Below, piece by piece: positions 1-14,015 of a stretch of DNA of 64,000 nucleotides (positions are counted from its first letter, which is position 1; each line of letters opens with the position of its first letter). Under the pieces are notes generated by a model. It did no database searches and was not told the origin of the DNA. It was given only the letters and a program-made list of their open reading frames with translations. The translations under genes and the position numbers were made by a program. This stretch comes from Antedon mediterranea. Taxonomy: Eukaryota > Animalia > Echinodermata. The stretch covers positions 22,255,648 through 22,319,647 of the forward strand of contig NC_092673.1 of assembly GCF_964355755.1 (NCBI RefSeq), given 5' to 3'.

Positions 1-139
1 GTATCTCCTTACTGCCAGTTGAACTTTTTTCGAGGTGTTTTAATATAGAGTTAAAGAAAAAAACACTGCCACTGAAAATCTCTATAAGTTCTTACTGGAG
101 CTGTATCATTAGAAACATCATTAGCTAAGAAACTAGTAA

Positions 140-318
140 AGCGTGGTTCCCACTAGCGACGCAACACAAGGACGTAACGCAACGCAAGTGAATTGACAAA
201 TCACAAGCGATGGCTTATTCGCTTGTGATTGCTAACTGTCTATAACTTCGCTTGTCATTGGTTAAAACGCTTGCGTTGCGTTTACGTCCTTGCGTAACGT
301 TCTAGTGGGAACCAAGCT
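140..318. mobile_element. PIF/Harbinger-like MITE (~180 bp)
   Basis: Termini AGCGTGGTTCCCACTAG / CTAGTGGGAACCAAGCT with further internal inverted symmetry; flanks TAA / TCA. A fragment of the same family is near 46370-46412. Confidence 0.7.
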
Positions 319-1634
319 TCAGAGTGCATCCAGAGTAACATTGTAGGCTGTTTATTGTCACAAATTGTCACTATTAAAGTTGGCTAAAATGTGTTGCAAC
401 TGAAATTTGTGAACTTATGTTATCAACCAACACTTGTGTAGTGATGCAGAGTTAGGAGAAAAATTAAAAATTAAATTTAATATTATAACATTAAAATTTG
501 CTAGTTCGCAATTAAAGAGTTTACTATTGAATTAATGTGTAAAAAGAATATGAAGAAATGTCAATACTTTAACACCCTTCCCTGCTTTTAAGCGATCTGA
601 ACATTGAAATTAGGAATTTGTTCTTTATGTTGTTATTTCAAATGAGAAAAATAATAACGTTAAATTAAGGATTTACTATTGAATTGTAGTCTGGATTAAC
701 AAGCATATGAAAAATAGCAATATCTTTTAGCCATCTAACCACTGGCTAAAATGGAAACAACTCCTAATAACTCTTTTATTGTTCACTTTTAAAAATTTAA
801 ATTTCATTCCTAGTTGCCTCGGTAGATGTCTGAAATTTCTCATATTGGCTGTTTTATTTATTTAGTAGTTGCGTTAGTAATTATCTATGTTAGTGGTGAT
901 TTTTTTTATTTAGAATATTTATATTTTCATAATTATTGTAAAAACTTCTATTATTTTTATTTAAATATTTGTTGTGCTGCATAATCTCATGTGTTGCACA
1001 GATACTGGAATATTTATGTTATAGACCAACAGAATTAGAAATAGTGATGCTACATAGGCGAAAAATATTATAATATAAATTAACATTTTCTATATTAGTT
1101 AGTTTAAAATATAATCTATTTTTTATTAATATTAAACAGTAATTTTTCAAAGAAATGGTTGAATTTTGTTTTAAGATTATGTTTAAAACTTTATTTTGTT
1201 GGTCATCACCTCATCTAGCTAAATTCTAGTGCATGTATAATTTATGCAAATTATTATTACTAATTACATTCCTAAAATATTAATATGGAAATAAATACAT
1301 GAACAATGCAGCAGCCATTTTATTTTGTGTTCTCTGATTTTAGTAAAATTTAAATAAATAATAATAAATGAGATGATGATGAAATTAAAATAAGATTTAT
1401 TTTATAAAATTAATTACTGTAATTTTAGATGAAAAAAAATTGGGAGAATAAAGGAAACGCATTCGTAACGTTTTGAACTTATTGCCTGTCAAAAGTTCAC
1501 AAATCAAACGTAACCACTACGATTTGACCTCTCAATTTATGCATGACCTATCTTATTTACATAATACAATGGCGAGCGTGTTGAAATGTTGTGGAAAAGT
1601 TTTCTGTGTTTAAACAAGTAAAACCGAATAAAGT

Positions 1635-4600
1635 ATGACAGATAATACACAGAGCGAAGTAGATATAATAAACCAAGAGATTTCTCAACTAAAGGGTATA
1701 CTAAACCGTCAAAATAATGATGAATTCAAGTCTCTTACTGCAGCTGAGCCGACGCAGGGTGATTTTTGCCACCAGTCGACTGCGACATGTTCTCTGAATA
1801 CTACTAGTACTACTGACACTTCCGTAGTCGAGCTTTCTGAGAAGATTGGTAAGATTTCGCGCGAACTTTAAAATACAATAGCCTAGTTTGTGTTTTATAT
1901 AGTTAGCCTTGAATTTAGGCTAAAAAGGTTTTAAAAGGTCAAGTGGCCTAGCCTAGGCCCTAATAAAAAATGGGCTAGGCCCTAATAAAAAATGGGCTAG
2001 GCCCTAGGCCTAGCATGGCTTGCTCTGTACACACACTGTTCGCTTCAATCACTGTAGTGTAGGGTAGGCTATAGTATAGGCGGATCAATCTGGGTAGGCC
2101 CTAGGAGCCTCTATTAGTATTAATTATTAGTAAGTAGTCTTCGGGAAAAATATATATATAAAACTACAAAATTGGAAGGAGTCAGTCTGTCTATTTTCCT
2201 CTATAGTATCATAAAGCAAATGAATAATGACAAAATAATGTAGAAATAGAATGGATTACTTGTATGTACTATGTAGTGTATTGAATTTGATAATAATTGT
2301 GATTTTTAATTTTCAGACAATGAAGATAAAGTTAGCCAGGAGAATATATTTGTAAGTAATGTGCGTTTCACAATGAAGGTTTTATAATCGACTAACTAAT
2401 TCTTCACTGTTTGATCGCAGGCTAATTTCATCCTGTTAGCTACCACCTGAATTAATCATTCTTACTACACTAGTCCAATCCAACGAAAGGAACCAGTCAT
2501 TTATAGCGGTCATGCCCGGTATCGCCAGATAGGGCCCGGTATCGCTTGGTAGTGTTTTATGATATAATATGATGTCAAGTACATGTTTATAATATGCTGT
2601 AGTCAGAGTTGATAACATTTTATATCCTAAAACCCTGCTGGGTGATACCGGGCCTTGATTAGCATGACCCGATTATGGTGTGATTAAATGAATATGTTTA
2701 TTTTTTAACTATTTTTGATAGTCTGCAGTTGATGAAAGTGAACTTGTGGTAGACGAAGAAGAAGCTGGAGGTCTTGAAGAATGTCTAAAATTTAACCAGA
2801 ACTACCAAATACTTATCAAGCAACAACTTCTTAAAGTTCAACATGCTCTTGCTCAAAACAGGGAAAGACAGGTTAGTGGTCAAATGTCAATGATTGCAGC
2901 TGATACCCCCAATTCACACATACAACACATGTTACAAATTCTATAATAATCTTTGTCACAGTATATTAATAAATATAGAAATGTCTTTTTTTTATCAAAA
3001 AATACTCAAATACTGTAGTAGTTATTTTTACATGTTGTGTTTGTTTTGATTTGTAGGCAGAGATCAAAGATGACTACAATATCGCCTACATAAGCAAGAA
3101 AAGACCGAAGCGAGAACGCTCTCTTTTGAGTTTCTGCCAATCATACTTTATAGGTGATCTTGGCCAGGTAAGAAAAACAAAAATAATCCATTACAGTCGC
3201 ACTAGTTATAAGGTAGTCAACTCTGTCAAAACTTGACTGCCTAAAGATCTCTCCAAAACAGTTTTCTTCAAGACCTCCCAGTTTCCCAATATTTTGAGTC
3301 AGCCTCCCACTAAGGTGCAATTTTTCCCATAAAGTAAAGTAGAACCTTAGTTTTTTTAGTAGCGTTCACTATGTTGTCTTGAATATTCTGAACCTGAGCG
3401 TAACAAAATTTCTTTCTCTGGCAGGGACCACCACCAAGTGAAGAGACAATTAGACGCCATGCTGGCAAAGAACCATCAGCTCATATCATTCCAGCTTTGA
3501 AATGTAAGAATAAAGCATGCAGTAATACAGTAGTACACAACACTTTAGATCAATGTTTTGCAACCTATGAGGTTTGCGAAACAATTCATAATCTAATATC
3601 ATCACAACCTACATTGATTTAAAAAAACAGCTCTCTATGCCTGTAACATTATAATAATATATAAATTCAATAGAATACACTTTCGGGACCCAACAAATAG
3701 CCCCCCAAATAGAGGTATTCTCTGAATAGGGGCGTCTCCTTGATAGAGGTATCGCCTCAATAGGGGTGTCGCCTCAATAGGGGTGTCGCCTCAATAGGGG
3801 TGTCGCCTCAATAGGGGTGTCGCCTCAATAGGGGTGTCGCCTCAATAGGGGTGTCCCAAATAAGAGGTTCTACTGTATAATGTACAAATTCATCTATATA
3901 TGGTAAACAAGTTGTTAAAGCGATGTTTGCGCTCACATATGGCTATATTATTATTTTGGCTTAGGGCAAAAACCTCAACTTGAAAGACTGACCGCAGGTG
4001 TGCAGTCAGATGGAATGGAACAAAAGATGCAGCCAATCTTGAACCGACGTGAAGTATTAATGCGAAAACTGAAATCACTGAAAAATGAAGAAGAAGAAAA
4101 AGATGAACTGAAAAAAACCATTCAAGAAATTGATGACGAATTGGATAGGATTAAGTATGTCATCGTAGTTAAAGACTTATTTTAAAGCTATATCGCGCCC
4201 TGAAAAATATTAAATTGGCAATGAAAAACTGTTCTTCACAGTAATGCCTTAAACAGGCTTTATGTTGTGGTTGTTGTTTTGTTATATAAAGGCAATTATC
4301 AGCATCAATATGAGAATTGGTAATTTTTTAAAATCTTTACTCTTACTGCTTTATTACTGATATTAGGAACCTGCCAGATAGAGAACACGTTGGGGATAGA
4401 CTAAGACAAGTGGACTTTACTAAGATATCAATCATGGATGTAAGTTTTTTTTACATTTATGATTATATAAACAAATACTGATTGCAATTAAAAACTGATG
4501 GCAATGAGAACGTTTCCTATGATGATAATTAAGAGGATATTATACCAATATACCGAGAAACCATTATATACCGAGAAAGGATTAAAAACCCAAAAACCAT

Positions 4601-7600
4601 TAAAAACCAAGAAACCATTATAAACAGTGAACTTTTTTTCAGCTGGAAGGGACTCGATCTGCTTTTGAATGTCAAGTCCAATGGCAAAATTATCAGCACC
4701 CAGATATCAACAAAACAGATTGGAGTTCACAAGAGATTCAAAGTTTAGCAAATGCTGTTAACACATATGGTGAATATGATTGGGACACAGTTGCTGAAGA
4801 GATAGGAGTAAGTAACACAATTTCAAATAAGAATTTTGAAATGTGCCCATCAATTATGCCTCTAGGCCTACAGCCTAGTGGCCTATAGCTATAGGCCACT
4901 AGGCTGATAGGCCTCTCTCTACCAGATCGAAATGGAACTGTTGTTGGCAGGCAAAAATGACGTGTGATGGGAATGGGATCGCGACACTTTGTTCGCGATG
5001 GTCTAACTTTTTCAATGGAAAAATTACATTATGACATTTTTGTATTATAAATTATCCAAAAAATATGAAATACTTCAAAATGATTCAGTGCTTTTAAAAA
5101 AAGTTGAATCTTTAAAGTCTTTTTTATATAACTAGTTATTGAATGATATAATATTTACTTACTTTACTAATATTTATAATTTTAGGGTGGCCGTCTCCCA
5201 TGGCAGTGTTTAGATGCATATCAACGAGAAATTCCTCAAGAGTCAGACAATGTGTAAGTACTGTACCTTGATGTATATTGACACTGGCAATTTTTAACAA
5301 ATTTAATGTTAAGATTTACTATTCAAAATCTATAAATATCTTACAGAAAATTCACAGAAGAGGAAGATGCCTTGCTATTGAAGCTTGTTGACTCTTTCAG
5401 AATTGGTGATTTCATACCATTTCAAAAAGGTAAACAATTTCTATTAAAACCTCCAGGCCTTTTCTTTTGAGGCATGTGAGTGTGCATGCACTTATCACTC
5501 ACATAAAATGTGCCATTTACAGCCCACTTAAATTTAATTTCAATGAATATAAAATGCATAGGAAACAACATACTATTATGCATTAATTTACATAAAGATT
5601 AAATTATCAGTTACACATACTGTACGGAAAATTCAGGAATGTAAAATCAAGGTACACAAAGTCCTAACTGTGTACATTAAAACATCTCTTGTTTGTTCCT
5701 TAAGTTGCATTTTTCATGAATCGACTTCGTAGACAAGTCGTCGCTCGTTGGAATACTAGGCTTGATCCAAACTTAAAGTTAGGACCTTGGACTGCTGCAG
5801 AAGATCAGGTAAGCTCTTACTTAGGCTGTGTTTACAACACCCTTTTTAGTTTACACGCCTGCTATGTATATGCATGTTTTCACAGACCAAGGTCAATCCC
5901 CTAATCTAAGCTGTTCATACCTTACAGTAGATAAATTATTGAATTCTATTGTGTATGATTAGGATGTATGATGAGGTCATCCGCGTGTGAAATTCGGCCC
6001 TGTATCAAGAAGTCCGTCTTTCATCTTTAACAACAAAAAGAGATTAACAGAAAAAAAAAATAAAATCCATTTAGTATTTTTCACAAAACATGACTTTCTG
6101 TAATGTAAATGTTTATGTAAACGTGTAGGCCTACCTACAAGGCTTAAGACTATAGCTAGCCTAGCATGAACTTATGACCTGTTACTTGTATATTATTCTA
6201 TTATATATTATAGTCAAATACTATTTTATATAATGTTGTTAATTGTATTTTTATTCATTGTTATTATTATTATTATATTCATTCATTTCCTATATTTTGA
6301 ATAGTATTCATATACAAATTATACAAAATAAAAAGAAAAAGATTTCATCAGGAAATTAACAATAGCAACTTCCACAAAAACAACCTACAATATCCTGAAA
6401 TACCATTTTGCACCAACGCTGATGTAGTTTGGATTGTGGAAGTACATTAACTATGGTTTAAATCCGACTATTACACACTATTATACTATTTAGTATTACA
6501 TTATTATTTTATCCATTCTGTATTCGTATGGTTAAACCCTCCTGTTGTTATTGGCGAATTCCATTAGCTGTTGGTTTGGGTTTTGAAATAAAAAATAAAA
6601 TAGAAATAGTGGTTTCAAATGTATCTCTTTGCCATTAAAATGATGATATTAATATTATAGTTCTTAAATTTGTTAGTTACTCAAAGAAGGAATTAAACAA
6701 TTTGGAAATTCCTGGATGAAGATTGCTGATCGTATAAAAGGTCGACATCCAGTTAGTATTCGTGAAAGGTAAGCAGAAAGCTGAAGACAAAAATGTTTTT
6801 ATCATTTCCATGAAGTAGATCTTCAAATTTAAGTCATTAAGTTTAGTATTTAATTATACATTTGTATTTATTAATAATTATTAGATGGTTGACTAGTTTA
6901 AATCCTCAAAGAAAAAGTGGAAAATGGTCGCTTGAGGAAGACATTTCATTATTAGAGATGAGGCTTGAATATGGCAAAGGTACAGTACTACAAACCTACA
7001 TTTAATTTGTGTAGATCAAGGCCGTAGCCAGCTAGAGGCCTTGTCTGAAATTTTAAATTTTCACCACCGACCCCAATTCTCCAGCACAGATCATCATATT
7101 TTATATAAATAATTATATTTAACGCAATTTTGCCTCGTCTGCTTTCAACCTCTCGCAAATTATATCAACCATCTCCTTGTACCTAATGTTGAGCTGATCT
7201 AGACGTGTCGGGCATGCACATAAAAAGCTGTCACAAAACCATACACCTAAAAACATACACCTTTAAAACCCAGGAGTATTAAATATTTATTTTGTATACA
7301 TAAAATAAAATTGGCAGCAAAACAGATTTAAAAAAAATGTAGAATAAATAAAATAATACAAATTTGGATATAAATATTGTAGTGTCTACAGTACATTAAA
7401 AACAATTCTACTGTAATTAATTTTCATATTTAAACTTAAGTGTGGAGCGTCTTTACCATTTTATAAAAAGGCATCTATTATTTTTTTTAAGCGCTATGTA
7501 AGCAACATATATTACATTTTTACCAATTTAAAAATAGAAAGTTTACAGTTAAATAATGTAATGTTAACATATTACAATTTTAGGAAATTGGAGACTTATG

Positions 7601-10600
7601 ACAGAACAGTTGGCAAAACGTACCAATTCAAAACATGAAAGGGCAATGAATGGACTTGTCATTAGGCAAAGACTTTTGGTGAGTTAAAACCTTTTTTTTA
7701 AAATCTTTTTACACTTTTAAATTTAAAAACATGAAATAATATACAAATAATGAATGAGTGTAATGGTGCAAATAATGGCATGAGATGAATGATGAAAGGT
7801 TCAATAGTGCATACTTTTGCACGCCATGTAACCCACAATCGTCCAATCAAATGTTCACGAGTTGAATGGGGAGAATATTTCGTTTTTTTCGTTCATTAGT
7901 TGAATAATCGACTGCTCCACCTTGTTAAATTGACCCGTCAATCTCTCATCAAATGAAACATTCTCTCCATTCAATGAATACAAAACATCCATTTTTTGTT
8001 TTAGAATTAATACACCTACTGTTCTAAAATTTAGTTTGAAATAAATAGTTGATTTTTAAAACTAATATAAGATTTTTTTGTAGGAGGTACAAATAAACAG
8101 ATTTAAAAATAAAATAGAGGAAAATGCCGAAGGGGATGAAGTAAAAGTTGAAATCAAAGAGGAAGACGGGAGTTTGTCAAAGGAAATGTGTGAATGGATG
8201 AGGAAATATATCAACCATTTAAAGAAGAAGTTGGTCGGGAAAAAACAGATTATGGTAAATTATCATCATAGATGATCAGTGTTTTTGTACTGGAAATGTT
8301 GGTAGTGGTTGGAATTTTGGTGGTAGTTGGAGTGTTGGAATAATAGGAGTGTTGGTATTAGTTGGAGTGTTGGTATTAGTAGGAGTTTTGGTATTAGTAG
8401 GAGTTTTGGTATTAGTAGGAGTGTTGGTATTTGTAGGAGTGTTGGTATTAGTAGGAGTGTTGGTATTAGTAGGAGTGTTGGTAGTCGTTGGAGTGTTGGT
8501 ATTAGTAGGAGTGTTGGTATTAGTAGGAGTGTTGGTAGTCGTTGGAGTGTTGATATTAGTAGGAGTGTTGGTAGTGGTTTGAGTTTTGGTATTAGTTTGA
8601 GTGTTGGTATTAGTAGGAGTTTTGGTATTAGTAGGAGTTTTGGTATTAATTGGAGTGTTGGTATTAGTAGGAGTGTTGGTATTAGTAGGAGTGTTGGTAT
8701 TAGTTGGAGTGTTGGTATTTGTAGGAGTGTTGGTATTTGTAGGAGTGTTGGTATTTGTAGGAGTTTTGGTATTAGTAGGAGTTTTGGTATTAGTTGGAGT
8801 GTTGGTATTAGTTGGAGTGTTGGTATTAGTAGGAGTGTTGGTATTAGTAGGAGTGTTGGTATTAGTTGGAGTGTTGGTATTAGTAGGAGTTTTGGTATTA
8901 GTAGGAGTGTTGGTATTTGTAGGAGTGTTGTTATTAGTAGGAGTGTTGGTATTAGTAGGAGTGTTGGTATTAGTAGGAGTGTTGGAGTGTTGGTATTAGT
9001 AGGAGTGTTGGTATTAGTAGGAGTGTTGGTAGTCGTTGGAGTGTTGGTATTAGTAGGAGTGTTGGTAGTGGTTTGAGTTTTGGTATTAGTTTGAGTGTTG
9101 GTATTAGTAGGAGTTTTGGTATTAGTTGGAGTTTGGTATTAGTAGGAGTTTTGGTATTAGTAGGAGTGTTGGTATTAGTAGGAGTGTTGGTATTAGTAGG
9201 AGTGTTGGTATTAGTTGGAGTGTTGGTATTTGTAGGAGTGTTGGTATTTGTAGGAGTGTTGGTATTAGTAGGAGTTTTGGTATTAGTTGGAGTTTGGTAT
9301 TAGTAGGAGTTTTGGTATTAGTTGGAGTGTTGGTATTAGTTGGAGTGTTGGTATTAGTAGGAGTGTTGGTATTAGGAGTGTTACAGGTAGTATTAGTTGG
9401 AGTGTTGGTATTAGTAGGAGTGTTGGTATTAGTAGGAGTGTTGGTATTAGTAGGAGTGTTGGTATTAGTTGGAGTGTTGGTATTAGTTGGAGTGTTGGTA
9501 TTAGTTGGAGTGTTGGTATTAGTAGGAGTGTTGGTATTAGTAGGAGTGTTGGTATTAGTAGGAGTGTTGGTATTAGTAGGAGTGTTGGTATTAGTTGGAG
9601 TTTTGGTATTAGTTGGAGTTTTGGTATTAGTTGGAGTGTTGGTATTAGTAGGAGTGTTGGTATTAATTTATATATTGATTAATAAATATATTGTAATTGA
9701 TTGAATTGTTTCCATCATTTTATAGCAATTGATTGAAGAAAATAAATGGGATCAAGTTCCAAATGCAAACAAACTCCGTGAATGGTTCAGACGGAGTGAG
9801 ATAGAACAGATATGCAAGGATCGAAATAAAGAAGGAAAACCCCACGTACTAAGAAGAAGAAGACCCAAAAAACGCAAATACAGCAGCACAGAGTCTGAGA
9901 ACAGCAGCCAATCGGAGGACGAGGATGAGGAAGATGACTTTGAAGATGAAGAGGAGAAAGATGCAGGGGAACAGCTATCAAAACCAAAGACTTCACGGAA
10001 AGTAGGGAGGCCGAAAGGCACTTTAATGGACACCATTGTGGCAGCTCAGATCAAGCACTTGCTGAAACAATATGCTGGATTTGTGACTAGAGATAGACAG
10101 ATGAAGATTTCAAAAGGTGCTCTAGCTAGAATTATAAATTTTCCCAATGCATGCCCTCTGTAGTTTCTGCATTACTGTAATAACGCATTCAGCTACCATA
10201 ATGGTCTAAAATTATCTTCAGTAAAAGATTTTGCAAAATGAGATAACTTTAAAATGTTTTGTTTTTTTTGTTGGCACTGATTGGTACAAAGAAGATGTTT
10301 ATTCCAACCTAATTCCTCTCCTGCATTTTCACTTTATTGTTGTGTATCATTTTGATTTCAGCTCAAGAGACGCTTAGCAAAATACCAGAATTGAAAGTAA
10401 AACAATCAAGTTTGTCGGTGTACATTGCTCTGTTAAAAGTACGTCTTTCAAAATTTAACAGCTACAAATATACTTTTGCCTAGGGAGTTTCTGAGTAAAA
10501 TTATTAGGTGCCTGAAATAGTGGGCATACTACATTAGTATTTGTTGAGATGTCACCAACTTATGCAGAAATGTTACAATTTAGAATGCAGCTTGGCCCAT

Positions 10601-13600
10601 AGTGTTAACCATAAACTGTATATAGACAAAACAAACACTTAAAAACACCTAACATTATAAAGTAAATGTTTATTTAATATTTGCCACTTCTATTTTAAGT
10701 CAAAAATGGAACGGTAAAATGGCAAAACTCATGTTTTGGTACAGGAGATAGACGGTGCAGTTGTGACTTTACTATTCTAGTCTAGTATTGACTGTTTTGT
10801 CAAATGTGCCAACAGTCTGAATCTGTAGAATCGTCACTAATAATCACATGAACCAATCAAAGAGTATCCTCTTAATAGGATGTCCCAAAGGAGATGCTTT
10901 ACTGTATTTAAAATGTAGATTATATTCTTTAAAGTATGTCCTTTCTTTCCAGGTCTTTCAGGTTGATATGAACACTACATCTTCTTACATACGACACATA
11001 ACAAACAGACGAAAAGCTTTAACTTTATCCGACAAAGATTCACCAAAGAAAACCGTTTCTAACACTGAAAACCGAGAAGTACCAGATACATCAATTGCAG
11101 CACCAGTGATGAGTTTGTCAAGTGTACAAACAAGATCACCTAGTGTACAGTCCCCACAATTTAGTCTTAATACCCATTTATCAACAGCAGCATTCCAAAT
11201 GGGAATGGTACCGGCAACTTGGCTATTGCCAGGACAAACAGTTCAACCTGATGGAAATTTGTCACAACATAGTATGCAGCTTCCAAGCTTCCAAGCACCA
11301 ATGTCACAAGTTCCAATGTCACCAGCAACTCAGCGATTACCAACTCTAGGACAAACAACACAGCCTGCAGGAAATTTGTCACAACATAGTAGTACTCCGC
11401 TACTAAGGTTCCAAGCTCTAATGTCACAAGTCCCAATGTCACCGGCATCTCAGCGATTACCAACTCTAGGAAAAACAACACAGCCTGCAGGAAATTTGTC
11501 ACAACATAGTACCCAGCTACCAAGGTTCCAAGCTCCAATGTCACAAGTCCCAATGTCGCTGGCAACTGAGAGATTACCAACTCTAGGACAAACAGCACAG
11601 CCTGCAGGAAACTTTTCACAACATAGTACCCAGCTACCAAGGTTCCAAGCTCCAATGTCACAAGTCCCGATGTCACCAGCAACTCAGCGATTAACAACTC
11701 CAGGACAAACAACACAGCCTGCAGGAAATTTGTCACAACATAGTACCCAGCTACCAAGGTTCCAATCTCAAATGTCACCAATGTCACAAGCCCCAATGTC
11801 ACCAGCAACTCAGCGATTACAAGCTCCAGGACAAACAACACAGCCTGCAAGAAATATGTCACAACATAATTTATATAATATGCAGCTATTATCTCCTCAA
11901 CATAATTCAACTGCATCGCAAACTCAATTCCGGTTGCCAGGTGTAGTCAACATGCAAGGCCAAATGAGGCAGCTTAATCAAAATTTGTTACAGACTTTAC
12001 CATTGAATGTTATCCAACGTTTTGCTGCATTGAGAAATCTTAACATTCAAACTCCAAATGCTGCGACATCTAATCCACAGCAAAAGGCATTGGTTACATC
12101 AAATTGTCCTGCCGTTACATCAATTTCCAGGACAGTAGGATGTACCTCTTCAAGTACATCTGAAACAAGCACCTTGACATCAACAGCCCCTCGACTGACT
12201 ACAACAGCATCTCAAATATTGACAGAAGGAGCACAACCAAGAGAAGAAACACAAGATATCAGTTCTGGTAGTTCTGCTGCCATTTCGACAATGATGAATC
12301 CCTTGCCTACTACCATTGTTACATCACATGCACAGGGACATCAAACTAATACATCACCACTACCAGCAAAGTCTATAGGCTTATCATCAGTACAGTTACC
12401 AAACTTGCCTGGAACAAATCTAGTACAGAATATCCTGCCAGATATGAACCAGTTCCAACCTCAAGGTAGTCAACTTTTTCAAACACTAATGCCAAATATC
12501 CTAGCTCAAGGCCTTTTACCTACAAACCCAGGAAATATTCTCCAGACATCCGGTGTAATAAATATACCAGGAAAGGGCTTTTTGGTACCTGTACAAAATT
12601 TCTGCTCAGTTCCACAGATGGGTTCAACACAATCTGCTGTGATCAACCCCTCTACAAGACCTATAGCACAATCTGGTACACCATCATATGTACCTACTAC
12701 AACATCTGCTGCAATTCCAAATTCTTTGAATGTTTCCTCACCACCTGCTGTATCTTCTACACCAGTAACCACCAAAAATGTTGCGCCAATTGCTGGTAAT
12801 GCAACTAAATCTGTAACGATTAACCTACCATACTATGAACGTTCATTGAAGAAAATGTCAAGAAAAATAACAACTGTTCCTGACGAGGGGAGAGAGTTTT
12901 CACACGAGATGTTGCTGATTGCATCACTACCAGAAGTGGAAAAAGTATCAGAAACCAAATATATTGTGCCAACACGATATTTCAAATTGTTTGATTCTGG
13001 AGACATGGATTTATTACTGGCACGGAAGACATTCATAGCTGATAAAGACAACAATTCTGGACCAAACACCAATCAGGTACAAACTAACTTACCTGAAACT
13101 TCATCAACAAAACAAAGTTGTAGTGCAAAATCTACAAACCAAAGTGTGTCCTCTGATTACCATGAAAGCCTTGTTCGGTTAATATTTAGGTCTCCTAAAT
13201 ATGATGAAGATAACATCTCTTTTGCGTGTGATGACCTTGGTTCACAGTATTTTATAACCTGTGTTAAGGAGAAAAATGATAGCAGGAAATGTTCCTGGGT
13301 GAAAATAGATGTCCGGCCAATGACTATTGCAGATCATGGTAAAATTAATGCATTTGTGTATAAGCCAGGGACACTAAGAAAAAACCCATTCACAGTGGTT
13401 ATTCCCGATCTTGGAAAGTATAACGTTTATGAAAATATTTCATCAGTGATGGTTGATTCCTCTATTGCCTGTAGTATGTTACAAAAACAACGCCAAAAGC
13501 AGCAAAAACAGTTACCGTATCTTTCTCCAAACCCTGAAAGAATATCAGATTTTCTTGCAAATCATGATCGACCAGGAGCTAAAAAAAAAAGACCAAGACC

Positions 13601-14015
13601 TGAATTGGTCGTTTCTCAAAGCCAAATCTTTTCATCAGATGAGATAAGTAAAGCTAATAGTTTGATTTTTAGAATATTGGGAAACAATCCATCGTCTATG
13701 CAATTACTTCCCCCGAACTTAGCAAACGTAAAAGCTTTGATAAGTTTTAGATCACATCGTAAAGAACTTATCAATCAGACCAAAGGTTGTATTATACCTA
13801 AACATGTACATCACCGGTTGAAGGATGCAAACGCCAATGTATTGGGAAACACTTCAACAGAAACAGAGACAACAGATTCAGAATGCGACAGTCAGAATGT
13901 GAAAGATGCATTACATGTTATTCGAAAAACACCGGAGTATAAACTATTCAATGCTAGATTTAGATCTTTATTTGCTTGGCCTACTATGCTCAGCAAAATT
14001 GAAAAAACAGGATAA
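1635..14015 (+). CDS. SNAPC4: snRNA-activating protein complex subunit 4 (SNAP190), ~18 exons
   Basis: GT-AG exons approx 1635-1848, 2317-2351, 2722-2871, 3057-3167, 3425-3503, 3965-4154, 4367-4439, 4643-4807, 5187-5253, 5347-5429, 5705-5808, 6677-6768, 6885-6979, 7584-7678, 8084-8254, 9726-10117, 10362-10438, 10953-14015. The N-terminal ECLKFNQNYQILIKQQLLKVQHALAQNRERQ, the tandem Myb repeats (RIGDFIPFQKV..RWNTRLDPNLKLGPWTAAEDQ; GKWSLEEDISL) and the C-terminal YKLFNARFRSLFAWPTML resemble SNAPC4 as I recall it. Confidence 0.88.
3668..3877. repeat. Tc1/mariner-type MITE remnant containing a 17-bp tandem repeat (GGGGTGTCGCCTCAATA x~6)
   Basis: 17-bp array at ~3750-3857; right end GAGGTTCTACTG-TA is typical of pogo/Tigger-like TIRs; left end degenerate. 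Confidence 0.6.
8328..9664 (+). repeat. 18-bp minisatellite (GTTGGTATTAGTAGGAGT)n, ~70 copies, in a SNAPC4 intron
   Basis: Directly visible array, almost C-free on the + strand; source of the spurious SVGISR / VLVLVG ORFs. Confidence 0.97.
11225..11870 (+). repeat. coding tandem repeat (~39-42 aa unit x~5) in the SNAPC4 last exon
   Basis: LPRFQAPMSQVPMSPATQRLPTLGQTTQPAGNLSQHSTQ repeated in frame in ORF 10848-14015. Confidence 0.92.

Noticed and set aside
1569-1613. 14-codon upstream ORF before the SNAPC4 ATG
   Set aside because: The TSS is unknown; it may simply be a promoter ATGGCG (YY1-like) motif.
8327-9704. Long ORFs of SVGISR / VLVLVG repeats
   Set aside because: Artefacts of an 18-bp intronic minisatellite; SNAPC4 exons splice around it.
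11167-11916. 249-aa hydrophobic antisense ORF
   Set aside because: Shadow of the coding tandem repeat in SNAPC4; no independent evidence.
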